Below, piece by piece: positions 13,127-24,954 of a DNA stretch of 64,000 bases. A program made the position numbers and the translations under genes. Positions within the stretch are counted from its first letter, which is position 1, and each line of letters begins with the position of its first letter. A model generated the notes under the pieces. The model saw only the letters and a program-made list of their open reading frames with translations, had not been told where the DNA came from and ran no database searches. The DNA is from Basidiobolus meristosporus CBS 931.73 (Eukaryota > Fungi > Basidiobolomycota). The stretch lies in NCBI GenBank assembly GCA_002104905.1, contig MCFE01000430.1, positions 12,275 through 76,274 of the forward strand, read 5' to 3'.

Positions 13127-15330
13127 ATGGACAAAACTACTTTGACTCAATGCCATAAGAGAAGAGAAAAAAGACCATGTGGCTATTGTGGCAAGCCTCT
13201 CAGCCATGAAGCCCGCAGACAGCATAACACCCACTGAAACAAATGCCAAGGATACTTTATGGAGCAAAGTGAGCCCAGTAATCCATCAACTGGTGAATGA
13301 TGTAATGATGTGGCTACAGAAGTGATGTGTTTCCACTAATATCATTAATGGGGGGTGTGAGGATTTATTACTACTTCTTGCCAAAATCATACCAGGATGC
13401 AACTTACTATGTACATGGTACAAGTGGACAACTGTCATGCAGCTGGCAACATATGATTCAGAGACTGACCTGATTCCAGCATGTGCTAACAGTTGCATGA
13501 CCTAAGATTGTTTAAAAAGTAGTTTCAAGGCAAAAACATATTGTATTTATTCCGCTTTAGGAACACCAGCAAAAGGCATATCACAAACAAGGTTATACTT
13601 ACTCAAGAGCATAGCATCTTCAACTTTGGGGTTGTACACCTCATCTTTACCACCAACATAGACAACCTTATTGTTCTTGTTATAGGTACAGGAAGGCCCT
13701 TCTAAGGTACAATGTCTCTGGTGAAAGAATACTTCTTTGGGTCTCCAAGATGTGGTTCCCAAGTAAGAGTTTAAGGAGTACACTTGGAGCAACTATTAGT
13801 AGGACCTGAAGATTTAGTAGTACCAGGAGCCTTAGGAGCTCTAGCAGCAGGCTGTTTTCTAATTTTAATGCCTTCACCAGGGATAATTAGAGCTAAGATT
13901 GTTAGTGCATTTGATAGCAGTATAGGAATCTAAGCCTTCTTTAATAAGTTTGCTGCTAAAATTGAAGTTGGCAAGCTATAAGCCATTTGCCAGAATATGG
14001 AATCAATTGGAAACCAGAGATACTTAAATTAGAGGGTATCTGTTGGAGCAAAAGCTTTACACTGGGAGCAATGCATTTGCTTTTTGGCAGTATCCCTATA
14101 CTAAAGACCAAGTTGTACATAGGGAGTTTCAAGCTAAACAGGCCATTCAAGATACCAGAGAAATTTGAAAGAATTGGCAAGATATAACAGAGTATCTGAT
14201 ACCCTAGGTACTTCTCACGGGCTCCAATAAATATTCATATGCATATGCAACAATACAAATGCAAAGACTAGATGAACTGGATATGTATTACTCAAGTGGT
14301 GTTCTGAAGCCATTCCTACCAAGTGTACATTGGAAGCATTGGGAATCATATGTGGATATTGTAGGAATATTTATCCAGAAGTGGATCACCAATGCCAACT
14401 TGACTCATCTACAGCTGTTGTGTGAGGAGTTTGTGATGGGATTTGAGCAGCTATACTATAAACATAAAGCTGAACATGTAGATCCCTGCCTCTACTGTAT
14501 CCATTCACTACTCCATCTTGCATGGTGTATGGAGAATATTGGGCCTTACTTCACCTTTTAGAAGTTTCCTATGGAGCAGATGTGTGGGGAGATAGGAAGA
14601 CAAGTCAAGTTGCAGGTACTACCATATCCCACACTTATTATGAATACTGCCTTCAGGCCTGTCATCAATGTGATGAGTTGGCACATGGAGGACAGCCAGA
14701 CAGAGTTGAAGAATACTGAGGACAAATGTGCACATGGAGACACCTATGCCTATGGCATTAAGAAGCTAAGCAGCCCCAATGTGTGGGTGATCAGTTAAGT
14801 AATGCAAAGTTGGGTTGGGTGCAACACACAACTAATTTCTATCAGGAAAGCTCTACCAAGATCTGCCAGATTTCTCATGGTCACAAGCCAACTTCTACAC
14901 CATTCACTACGGAATTCACACAAACATAAGCCAGAGCGCACCTAAATGGGGGACTAGAATCTAACAGGGAGAAGGAATATATTGGCTAAATACAAAGAAG
15001 TTCTTTGCCAATATTCAGGAGGTATTCATGGCAGAAGTGGCAACAACCAAGCATACATTTGCAAGATGTATATGCTACTAGCAGGACAAGGTATATGGCA
15101 ACTTTGCAAGTATCACACTAAAAAGCTGTAAAGTTGAGGAGATAGAAGTATGTCAATTGCGGCAGATGTGCGTGTTTGTAGAGGTTAGTAAGCAGGAGGC
15201 CATAGTTTTTTTTGATTCAAACTATATGTGGAATACCCAAGGTAGTAGTGGGTAAGCAAATAAAGAAAGGTGATTCTACAGTGGAATATATGAATTGAAC
15301 AAGGGGAGGTAGAAAAAGGAGATACCATTT
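13127..15330 (+). pseudogene. CMC/EnSpm (Transposase_21-type) transposase relic with internal deletions
   Basis: N-terminal MDKTTL..CGYCGKPLSHE; DLIPACANSCM; GINWKPEILKLEGICWSKSFTLGAMHLLFGSI; FEQLYY...CIHSLLHLAWCMENIGP..F.FPMEQMCGEIGRQVK. This follows the H.LLHL...I...GP...W.F.MER.CG pattern of CACTA transposases. Confidence 0.85.
13545..13960 (-). other. Unclassified coding-like insert within the transposase relic
   Basis: Not homologous to the other CMC copies. Minus-strand translation KQPAARAPKAPGTTKSSGPTNSCSKC suggests a gag-like or other protein fragment. Confidence 0.35.
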
Positions 15331-15731
15331 GGTAAACTGGTACAGTAGCATTATACAGAACTAGCAGTAGGCCATCATACTGCCAATATAATGCCATCAG
15401 AGTCTTGCTGTGAGGCCATTAAATACCATCAAGCTTCTGGCCATATAATGCAATTGGATGTCCTGGCCACTGGATCCACTTAACATAGTTATAGAGCGCT
15501 AAAAGACCTCAACAATACCATGCAAATATTGACACAGCACCAATAAAATATTGTCAAGTTTTATCCCTTTATTTGGTTGTAAAATTAGCAAAACACTGTT
15601 ATGATCTTGTCATAAGATTGTTAGGAGGGTCAGCAATTTCAAGCTGCTGTTATTATGATGGTCTCTAAACAGGATCATGATGGCTGATTTAGATTGGATC
15701 CACTGGCAGGACCAAATTATTTTTCATAGGG

Positions 15732-16400
15732 TAGGCATAATACCACACAGTAGAATATTGATTGCTCTACACTTATTATTGACTCATCCTGCTCCTGGCC
15801 TATATCCTGGCCACTTGCTGGTCTTCAACTAAGGGTACTGCATTTGCAACATTCTCATCTGCCTGAACTTTATGGTTGGCTTGAAGACCTGCAGTGGTTC
15901 TCATTTGCTCACTTCACTCAGAGCCTGAGGGGTCTGCATAATTACCTTTGGTGGGTGCACTGTCAACATGGCCTTTTTTGAATGTAACCCTACTTGGTGC
16001 ACTCAATGTCAGAGCAAGCTGTTCTCCCACTGTTCTTCTGCTGCTGTCAACAATGGGGTTTAGTTGAGAACCAGACAACTTGACTATTTTATTTGGCAAT
16101 ATATATATATATATGGGAATGAATAAAATCAATGGGGAAATAGGGATACATATACATGTGTATGTAGTGCCACAGCTATATTTGAGGTGCTAACTATGGT
16201 GGATCATCATTGCATCTAATATTCATGTAAGTGCAATGCCTCAAATAAAAGACTGTCTGAAATTTAAAAGAGTATTGAAAAAAGTGATATAGTAGCATTA
16301 CATTGTAGAGTGTCCAATGAGTAGCAACAGAGAAGTGATGTAACAGAGCTAAGTTGCTGAGTGTAAGACTGTTTGCCCATGGGGAGAACCACTTTGATTC
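15732..16400. mobile_element. CMC fragment: accessory ORF 5' end, intergenic region and start of transposase
   Basis: ORF 15914-16132 (LSGSQLNPIVDSSRRTVGEQLALT) matches 58322-58561. cccatggggagaaccactttg at about 16376 matches the transposase start. Confidence 0.75.
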
Positions 16401-16409
16401 AATGTTATT

Positions 16410-18440
16410 GGAGATTTATCAAGTCATTCAAAGCATTCCAGCCTCTTTGACTGATATCCTCAAGAAAGCTAACAGAGTCCATTCTTGAAACTTATGCTTC
16501 AGCCCAAAGTATCAGTAGAAGAGGTGAGCAAGGAAGGGAATGTAACATAACCAACAAAATCTCTTTGCTTTATCCATTTCCAAAAGCCAAAGCACTGGAC
16601 AATGGCTCAAATAAGAAGCAAGTAGATGAAAATAACAAACTAATACAAGAAAGCTGAGCTACAACAGTTGAGCAGCTATGTGTCAAGGAGAAGGGGTGTG
16701 CAGGGAACAGTATTTAGAGGCTGTTCATTGACTGTGAAGCTTTTGTTGCAGTAATCAGCCTATATTGAGAAAATACTGGTCTGGAAGCCACTACTAGCAT
16801 GACTGCTCAACTAAATATAAATGATCACTCAGCAGCCAATGCTAAAAAACTAACTCATATATTCTATATGCCTGGTGTTGAATCCCCTCTTCCTGTGAGT
16901 AAAGCAGGTACCTAGTACCTGAATTCTTTACATCCTAAGCTCAACATCACAGGTTTGAGTAAATGTTGACTAGAATGAGCTTTGGGCATCAGATATCACA
17001 GTTAATTTAAGTTAAAATGCAACCTCACTTTACTTGTTAATACTAAAGTCACTTAAACTGATGAATTCAGCTAAGAGAAATGGCTCAGGTGGCTAAGTCA
17101 TTTTGATGAGAGAGAGTGAGCAAATTGCAGAAGAGTTAGTCTGGCCAGTAATAAAGTACTTGGTTCCAAAAAATTTGTTTCTATCTTGGTGATGTCAACA
17201 TGGCAAATAAACTTGGACATATTTCAAGTGCTCAGGAGGCAATGATACTAAGACATCATAAGCTATTGTGCCCCTGAAAATCTGTGGGCCCTTGATTTCA
17301 CTTTTATATCAGATAAAGGACATTGTGTGACATTCAATGCTGGCATGACAAGCTTAAAACAAAAGTGCCTCCTAAGCTGATTGACAAGGCTCTGGACATG
17401 TTTGAAAGCCTGAAGAGCATTGCAGAGATACAAATGTAATGCCAATCTAGAGCACTGTGAAGAGACAAAGGTAGGCTAAATTATTTGACAGAGTAAGTGG
17501 GTACTGCTCAACTAGTTGTTAACTGTGGCATAAGACTATTCCACCTATATCACAGCAGAGTGGAATAGCAGAATGCTCAAACAGAGCAACATTAGAGGTG
17601 AACAGATCCATACTATCTAATGCCATTATGGATTATTAGCATAAGCAAAAATCATTGGATCCTTGGCCACAATGTCATCTGCCACATATCTGACAGAAAT
17701 ACCCTGCCTGTGTACCAAGGAGTAGTGAAGGGATCATTCTTAGGTACTGTGAAGTAACTGAAAGGTAAAAATGCATAATGGCAAAATTTAGCAGCTAGGA
17801 TGGTGTATCTGAGGAGAACTAACATATGAAAGCCAATGAAATAATTGGTCAGCCATAAGATAACATAATTATAATGAACATGGAAGGAGTATACCAAATA
17901 CAACCAGACACCAAAGATAGTTGCACATGCTCCTTGTTGTAGCCCATTACCCCATTTGGTGATCCACTGGATTAAAAGACTATCCTGGATCTTTGTAGCC
18001 AACATCCAACAATCATAAAGATGTGTGTCTTGTCTTATGTAGTACACCTAATGGTATATAACTGGCAATGAAAAGTAACAATATTACTATCTAGCAAAAG
18101 ACTATGCAGGGCAAGTAGCAATTGCTGTTAAAAGCAAAACAAGGGAGCAAGTAGACTTACCAACTGGGAGAATGCCAATAGGATGTAGACTATAAAACAA
18201 GATCCACATAATCTTAAATTGGATTGTAAATTAGCACAAAGCTACACTTAGACTATGCCAGAACAGGGACTAGAATGAGTGGTACCATTTGCCCTGGTGA
18301 CCAAATTTAGCTCCAGTAATACAGTTCTAGCTAAGCAATTAAAAACCTAAAATATCAATATGGCACAATCAGATGGCTTTGCTGATCCAAAATGCCCCTA
18401 TAGAACTTGCACATTTGGAAAACTGCAATGTGATCTTGAA
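16410..18440 (+). pseudogene. Highly degenerate Copia pol relic
   Basis: ILYMPGVESPLPVSKA (protease region), KLGHIS, ALDMFESLKSIAET, PQQSGIAECSNRA (integrase), PFALVTKFSS (RT). Confidence 0.7.
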
Positions 18441-18442
18441 TA

Positions 18443-19390
18443 TGTTGCAATATAAGAAGTGATTTGGATACAAGTAGCTAATCAAGAAATAGTAACAACA
18501 GTTGAACTGTTGTATTTGCATTAAGAGGATCAGTATATATACCATTGTAGAAGTAATACAGCTGTTGCACTGGGTAAGGAGGGTTTCCTAACATTAATAA
18601 GCATTCTTAAACAGTTTCATGATGAGTACATAATTTTTGGTAAAAAGTGTTGGTTTGATCTTGACTATAGGGAAATATTCATAGGATCATAGATCTTGAG
18701 AAACTGGCAAAGTTGGGGCTGCAAATTAGTCCCACAGTGACCAAGACTAGTCTAAACTTGTTAGGTGAATTTTCACCTGCTGAATGATACCAAATGATCC
18801 AATATTTCAACACTCCCCCTTAACTAAGCAATTTTTTTATCCTAATTCCTCTCTGAGATTTGCAAACTTTGGTCTAGCTAGTGGTCTTGTCAATATATCT
18901 GCTGACATCCTGTCAGATGGACAGTCAACAAACTTCAATCAGTTATTTTCTTCAGCTTCCCTCATTAATTGGTGTTGTATATCTATGTTCTTAGATCTGG
19001 CATGCTTAGTAGGATTCCTGGCTAATGAAATACAACTTTAATTACCTTTGTGCGTGCATAATGATTTATCTGAATTAAAGCCTAAGTGTTTGAATAAATC
19101 TATAACCATATAGCCTGCTTAGTTGCTTGGCAAGCAGCCATATATTTAGTTTCAGTTGTTGATAGGGCCACAATACGTTGTTTCATTCAATTCCAAGTCA
19201 CAGCTTCACCTGCATAAATAAATAAATACCAGTGGTAGAGCATCTGTGAATCAGATCTTAACCCCAATCTGAGTCACTATAAACATCAAGTTCTTGCCAA
19301 TTATATACTCCAGAGTATTCTTGTTCAATATTTGTAGTACCTTGTAGATATCTGAAAATCTGCTTAACAAAGCCAACACCTTGTAGTGAG
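18443..19390 (-). mobile_element. 5'-truncated relative of Copia family 1 (3' LTR 18443-18812, PPT, RNase H relic)
   Basis: LTR alignable to 24592-24960; CTCCCCCT PPT at 18813; RNase H relic ARSKNIDIQHQLMREAEENN. Confidence 0.85.
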
Positions 19391-19394
19391 ACCT

Positions 19395-20210
19395 AGCCTA
19401 TGAGACTGCCTCTCAGATGCTCAAGAGTGAGCTTGCTAAGCTGTGAAGCTTAAGAATCCCAGACTTCACAAAAGAGTTTGCTCAGTGCATAGATGCTTCA
19501 GACTATGCAATTGGTGGAGTGCTGAGCCAATAACATGAGGGAAAGGACTACCCAGTTACATTTGAGTCCAAGAAACTGAACTCAGCAGAACCAGACTATC
19601 CAGTTCACAAGAAGGAGATGCTTGCCTTAATACACTATTTAAAGACCTGTAGATGCTACATTGAAGGAGTCAAGTGCACTTTGCAGACTAATCATACCTC
19701 ACTGAAAAAGAATGACAAGATGGAGTCAGTACTTTCAACAATTTGACTCAGAGATTGCCTACTGCCCTGAAAAAACAATACAGTTGCTGATGCCCTATCA
19801 AGATTAGAGAAGTTGGACAACTCAGTTTGGTGCATGAATCAGATTGGCCTAGCTTATTACCAATGTACCTGAAGGACCAAGCCATTACTAATGAGATGGA
19901 TGAGGAGATCAAGAAGAAAATTTAAAATGAAGCCAGCAAATATGTGGTATAGGATGAAGCACTGTACCAAATTGTTAATGGAAGCCCTATTGCCTATTGC
20001 CCTTACATTGCATGACTGGATTTAATACATAATCAACACAATGGATATGGACAACTCTGAATTGAAGGAACCTATAGCCTTGTGAAAGCCAGAGCATACT
20101 GGCCCAGAATGAAGCAAGATACTGGGAAGCTAGTGAAAGCATGCCTAAATTACCATATCAACCAAGACCAACCACAGAGAATTGCTGAACTCTTTCCCCT
20201 GGAGGCTGTA
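19395..20210 (+). pseudogene. Gypsy family C RNase H and integrase N-terminal relic
   Basis: IPDFTKEF..DASDYAIGGVLSQ...FESKKLNSAE.DYPVHKKEMLA; TVADALSRLE; RAYWPRMKQD. Confidence 0.8.
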
Positions 20211-20214
20211 GTCT

Positions 20215-23082
20215 AGGATTCTTAAGCTTATTAGCCTTGCAAGTTCATTTTTGAGCATCTGAAAGGCAGTCTCACAAGCTATGTCCCACTTGTGGTTATT
20301 GTCTTTCTTGAGGATATCAGTTAAAGGGGCTGCAATATTTCCAAAGGGCTTGATAAATCTTCAATAATAGTAGACCATTCCAAAGAATGATCTGAGTTCT
20401 GCTATGCTATGGGACTGCTTCAGATTCTTGATAACCTAAACTTGCTTAAGGTCTATGGTTACTCCTGTGCTAGTCACTATGTGTCCCAGATATTCAACAT
20501 GTTCCTTGAAGAATGCACACTTGAGTAGCTTGCCATAAAGCTTGTTCTCTCTTAACTTCTTCAAGACCTTTTCAATGTGCACCAAGTGATCCTCCTCTGA
20601 CTTGCTGTATATCAATACATCCTCTAGGTAGTTTATGACAAACCTGTCTAAGTAATCAAGGAAGAGAGTCTGCATCAGGGTCAATAATGTTGCAGGGGCA
20701 TTGGTGAGCCCAAAATGCATGTCTAAGTACTTGTAATGTCCATATCTGGTCCTGAGTTCTGTCTTAGGGATGTCATCTGGCTTCACCCCAATCTGGTTGT
20801 ATCCTGACATGAGGTCAATCTTGCTGAAAATATTGGCTCCATTGAGTTGGTCCAAAAGTTCATCAATCCAAGGTATGGGGTACTTATTCTCCACAGTAAC
20901 TGAGTTGAGGGCTCTGTAGCCAATGCACATCCTAAGTGATTCATCATTCTTTTTCACATAAAGTACTGGAGCTCCCCAAGGTGACTTGCTAGGTTTTATC
21001 TATCCTTGCTCCAGTTACTAATCTATTTGTCTCTTCATCTCTTCCAACCCCAACTGACTCATTCTGCTTGGTGTTTTACCCACTGGAGGGCTATATCCTG
21101 TTTCAATGGCATGATCTACATCTCTGACTGGTGGTAAGCTTACAAGCTCATTTGGAAATATTTTGGAATGTTATTTCAAAAGAGTCTGGACCTTCTGGGG
21201 TACTGGAGTAGAGGAATCCTCCTGTAATACTGCCATGAGAAACCTATTGGTGCTTTTTCTTAGTGCTCTACAGAGCTGTGTCTTGCTAAGCTCACTTGTT
21301 GCACAAGCACTGGAATTGACTAAGCTAAATCCAGTCTGCCAGGTAATAGCTCATAAGTCTTGTTGCCCTTCTGGATTTGAGTAGCATGGGTTCTCCCGTT
21401 GATTGACGGATTACAACACAATAGCCAGGTTTTCCAAAGTATAAGGCCAAACTTGCAGTTCCTAAGTATATAGGCCTGTAGAACTTCTTCATAGTCATTG
21501 TTCTTCATCCTGACTGGCTGAGTTGTATGGGTGAATATGTGAAAGTTCCTATCAGCTGTTGAGACTGCAGTTGATATGGTGGGTTCCAAGTTGATTCCAG
21601 CTTTCAAAGCAAACTGCTCCAGCATGTACTCATGCAATGCTCCTGAGTCAATCATGATCTTGGCAGGTGCTCCATTGATTACTCCATACAAGTACAATAG
21701 TTTTCCAGAGTTTGAGGTCATCTGGGACTGGTATTTTTCTGTTGTATGGAAGGTGAGCTCTGATTGTTCTTCAAGTTCATCTTCCATGTTACAATGCTCC
21801 AGGGCTTCAATATGGTTAAAGTTCTTGATGGCTGGTGTCCATTTCTTTTCTGAGGGCAGTACTTTGCAATATGTCCCTGCTGGTGGCAACTAAAGCAAAG
21901 ACCTTTCTCCTTACATACTTCTGAGGCAGAATTCTTGCGCATAGTGTCTATTTGCATTGGCACTGCTTCTGATTGACTTCTTTCATAGTGATTGTAGCCT
22001 CCCTGATTAGTCATTGTGGGCTTCCCAGCTCCAAAGATATCTGAGTCACAGTCAATGGCAATCTTGATGGCTTCTCCAATAGTCTGAGGTTGTTGATAAG
22101 TCACTTCCTTACAAGTTCATTCTTTCAACCTATCAATAAAGTATTCAACTTGATCCAGAGGGCCCATTCATTCTATTTGTCCAAGTAGACATCTATATTC
22201 ATAGATGTACTCTTGGACCATTCCTTTATGTCTGAGTTCCTTCAGCTTTCTTCTTATTAGTGCCTGTTGGTGTAGGGGTTCAAAGGCATCCTGAATTTCC
22301 AACACAAACTCATACCAGGTAAGGATTGAAAAGCATCTCATCATGGTGGCTGCCCTGATCTTGATGCAATACCATTGTAAAGCTGCATCTGCTAGGTAAT
22401 AGGCTGCACAATGTAACTTGCTTTCTTGTGCAATTCCCTTAGCCTTGAAAGCTTGTTCAATCTGGAAGAGCCAAGCTCCCAGGTTTTCATTGACTCTTTC
22501 ATGGTACTGATTGACCTTCACACTCAAGTTGCTCCTGACAGGGTTTTGCTGGCTTTGGGCCATGTTATTCATTCCTTGTTGCTGCTGGCTAAGGATCTGG
22601 AGTAACTGCTGCTGCTGGGCAAGGACTTGCTGCATAGCATTCTTCCATTCTTGATTTTTGGACATCTTGAGGGAGGCTTCCTCTTTCTTGAAGAGGGAGG
22701 ATTCAGGTTATTGTTGCTACCAATGTTACAAGTCTTGGTATAAGAGTTGAAGAGGATAGGGAGTTTAGCTAGTATTGTATTCACTAAAGCTTGAACTGAT
22801 ATTTATTGAGGTTTCACCATCTCCTTATATACATTTTGCCAAATCAATTGCTGACTAATTTTATTTCCTAATGTACTCTGTGGCCGATGACTCATTTGAT
22901 TGCATCATCATCACCTAATAACTTAAATGTAATGTCTGTCTGATAAGAATCTGCTGATTTATTTGCTGACTAATGCTACTGATTTGATAGATAATACTGA
23001 TATATTGTGAAGCTAAACATATAACTAATTGATTTGACTGAAAACTGATCTAACTCAAATATTCAAGCGGTAGTATATAACA
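20215..23082 (-). mobile_element. Gypsy family C (Ty3/chromovirus-like RT) 5' part: LTR about 22776-23082, gag, zinc knuckle, protease, RT; degenerate
   Basis: ORFs 22168-22665 (gag, AWLFQIEQAF..AAYYLADAALQWY), 21718-22104 (CFSCHQQGHIAKYC), 21320-21889 (IMIDSGA), 20436-20957 (LRMCIGYRALN, KIDLMSGYNQI, FGLTNAPAT, YLEDVLIYS). The putative LTR has TG/CA ends, TATA and AATAAA on the minus strand. Confidence 0.85.
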
Positions 23083-24248
23083 AATCAAAAATATACAACA
23101 ACTTCAAGTATGACAATACAGAAATAGTTTATTGGGAGTTTGATATACCAATATAACATACAACTTTCACTAATATCCTCAATCTTAGGTGCAGAGTATA
23201 CTATAGGCTATGATTCTCACTTCTAAAGCAGTGTTCTGACCTTCTGTTAGATAATGGGCTCATTCACTTTTATAGCAACTTTTCCTTTTTTGGAAATCAC
23301 TTTCTGAGAAAATTTCTCCCAATATGGGAGTTCTGAACTCCTCATTGACCTAAATGGGTGTATTGTAGATGTCTCTAAAGGGGTCTTTAGACCTAAAGGG
23401 GTGTCTAGAGAGATGTCTTTAGAGTAAAGGGGCTTCTTGTAGTGGTCTCTACAGTGGACTTTACACTAAAGGGGTGCCTAAAGGTGTTACTTAAAGGGGT
23501 CAATAACAGGGTCTTTAGACTACAGGGGTGTCCAATGGGGTGTCTTTAGAGTACAGGGGTCTCTTAGAATGGACTTTTCCAACAGAAAAGTGGTAGTTTT
23601 CTTTTGAACTTAGAATCAATTCTTGTGAGCTTTGCAGTCTCTTTACTGATGTAGTACCAGTCAAAGTCAGAATACTCAACAGTGCAAGTGATGCAGGGGA
23701 AGTCTTATAACCTTTAAACTAGTAATCATAGTGTGGAGATTCTGGAATGAGAGGCTCTCTCTTTATTTTTCAGCTGGGGAAGTCAAATACATGAAAATTC
23801 TGAAGGATCAAAGTTTTTAGGCAATTGCACATGCAATACATGTGATACAAAGCTCAAGTCTTGCAGTGGCACAGATTGAACATAGGCACAGCACATGTAA
23901 AATATCTCATGATTTGATTGGCTGGTTCAAAAGTTACACACAACTGAAGTCATTATAGTAATCCAAGCAAGAGAGGCTTAGTTTATATGATAATTGGACT
24001 TTTTTGATCATAACTCCTTGAGCACTGCCTCAAATGAGCCAAAATCTGAAACATCTGTTGACTACTAAGTGTTCTGCATGACACAATACTCTTGGGTTGA
24101 TTTCTTGTCAGGGTCTGGAGCATTTGCCCTTAAAAGTTGGAAATTCATGATGTTTCATTAGTTTGTTACAATAGCAAAAGCAAAATAAAGAAATGAGAGC
24201 AATTTTGGCTTTGAGGTATGCAGTAATGGAATACTTGACACTACCACA
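23083..24248 (-). repeat. 3' LTR-B of Gypsy family B
   Basis: Homologous to 5785-6878. On the minus strand it is preceded by the purine tract GTTAGGGGAGACT (24249-24261) and the integrase tail. Confidence 0.75.
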
Positions 24249-24954
24249 AGTCTCCCCTAACTTTGAAAAATAATACCCTCATGATTACTTCTGACGTGGA
24301 ACCTCTTTGATCTGTTACCAGGTTGTGCCAGTGCAAGTGGCAAGCTATCAAGTTCTACTAATTTGTAAGATCCATTTTTGTTTGCCTATATATTCTTGTA
24401 GGGACCTGGCCATTGCATATCCAGCTTAAATGCCTTGTTTCTTAGGCTCTTGGTGTTGTGAAGCAGTATCAATTCACCTACCTCTAGCAATGTTTCTTAG
24501 GCATTTTTGAGCGTCAAGGTACTCCTTGCCAGTCATTATGGATTTCTTTAGGTTTTCCGTTGCATTCTTTTGCAAAGTATAGGCTTGTTGATGTTGCAAT
24601 TTAAGAAGTGATTTGGATATAAGGAACTTATCAAGAAATAGTGATAATAGTTGAACTGTTGTTTATTCATAAAGAAGCTCAGTATTTATACCTTTGTAGA
24701 AGTAATACAGCTGCAACACTAAGTAGGGAGGGTTTCTCAATATTCAGGAGCATTCTGTAACAGTTTCAGGGTTAGTACATAATGTTTGGTAATGGTGCTA
24801 ATTTGATCCTGACTATAGGGGAATAATCATAAGATCATATATCTGGAGAAAGTGGCAAAGTTAAGGCAGTAAATGAGTCCTACAGTGACTAAGACTAGCC
24901 TAGAATTGTTAAGTAAATTTTTAGCTGCTGAATGATACCAAATAGTCCAATATT

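Larger units (their letters stand above)
8498..15731. mobile_element. Most complete CMC/EnSpm(CACTA)-like DNA transposon copy, with CCC termini and nested insertions
   Basis: Left end CCCTACAAAAAAT (8498), right end ATTTTCATAGGG (15731). Inside are an accessory ORF (-) and a transposase relic (+), joined across a solo LTR whose TSD restores the intergenic region. No TSD is seen outside the termini, so the two ends could come from different copies. Confidence 0.7.

Noticed and set aside
8498-15733. A TSD for the large CMC element
   Set aside because: The flanks (AAA / TAG) do not match and belong to different host repeats, so TSD length is left undetermined.
22760-23082. Possible self-priming PBS for Gypsy C (GCTAAAC complementary to GTTTAGC in the LTR)
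   Set aside because: The complementary stretch lies upstream of the putative TATA box and so would not be in the transcript; the match is only 7 bp.
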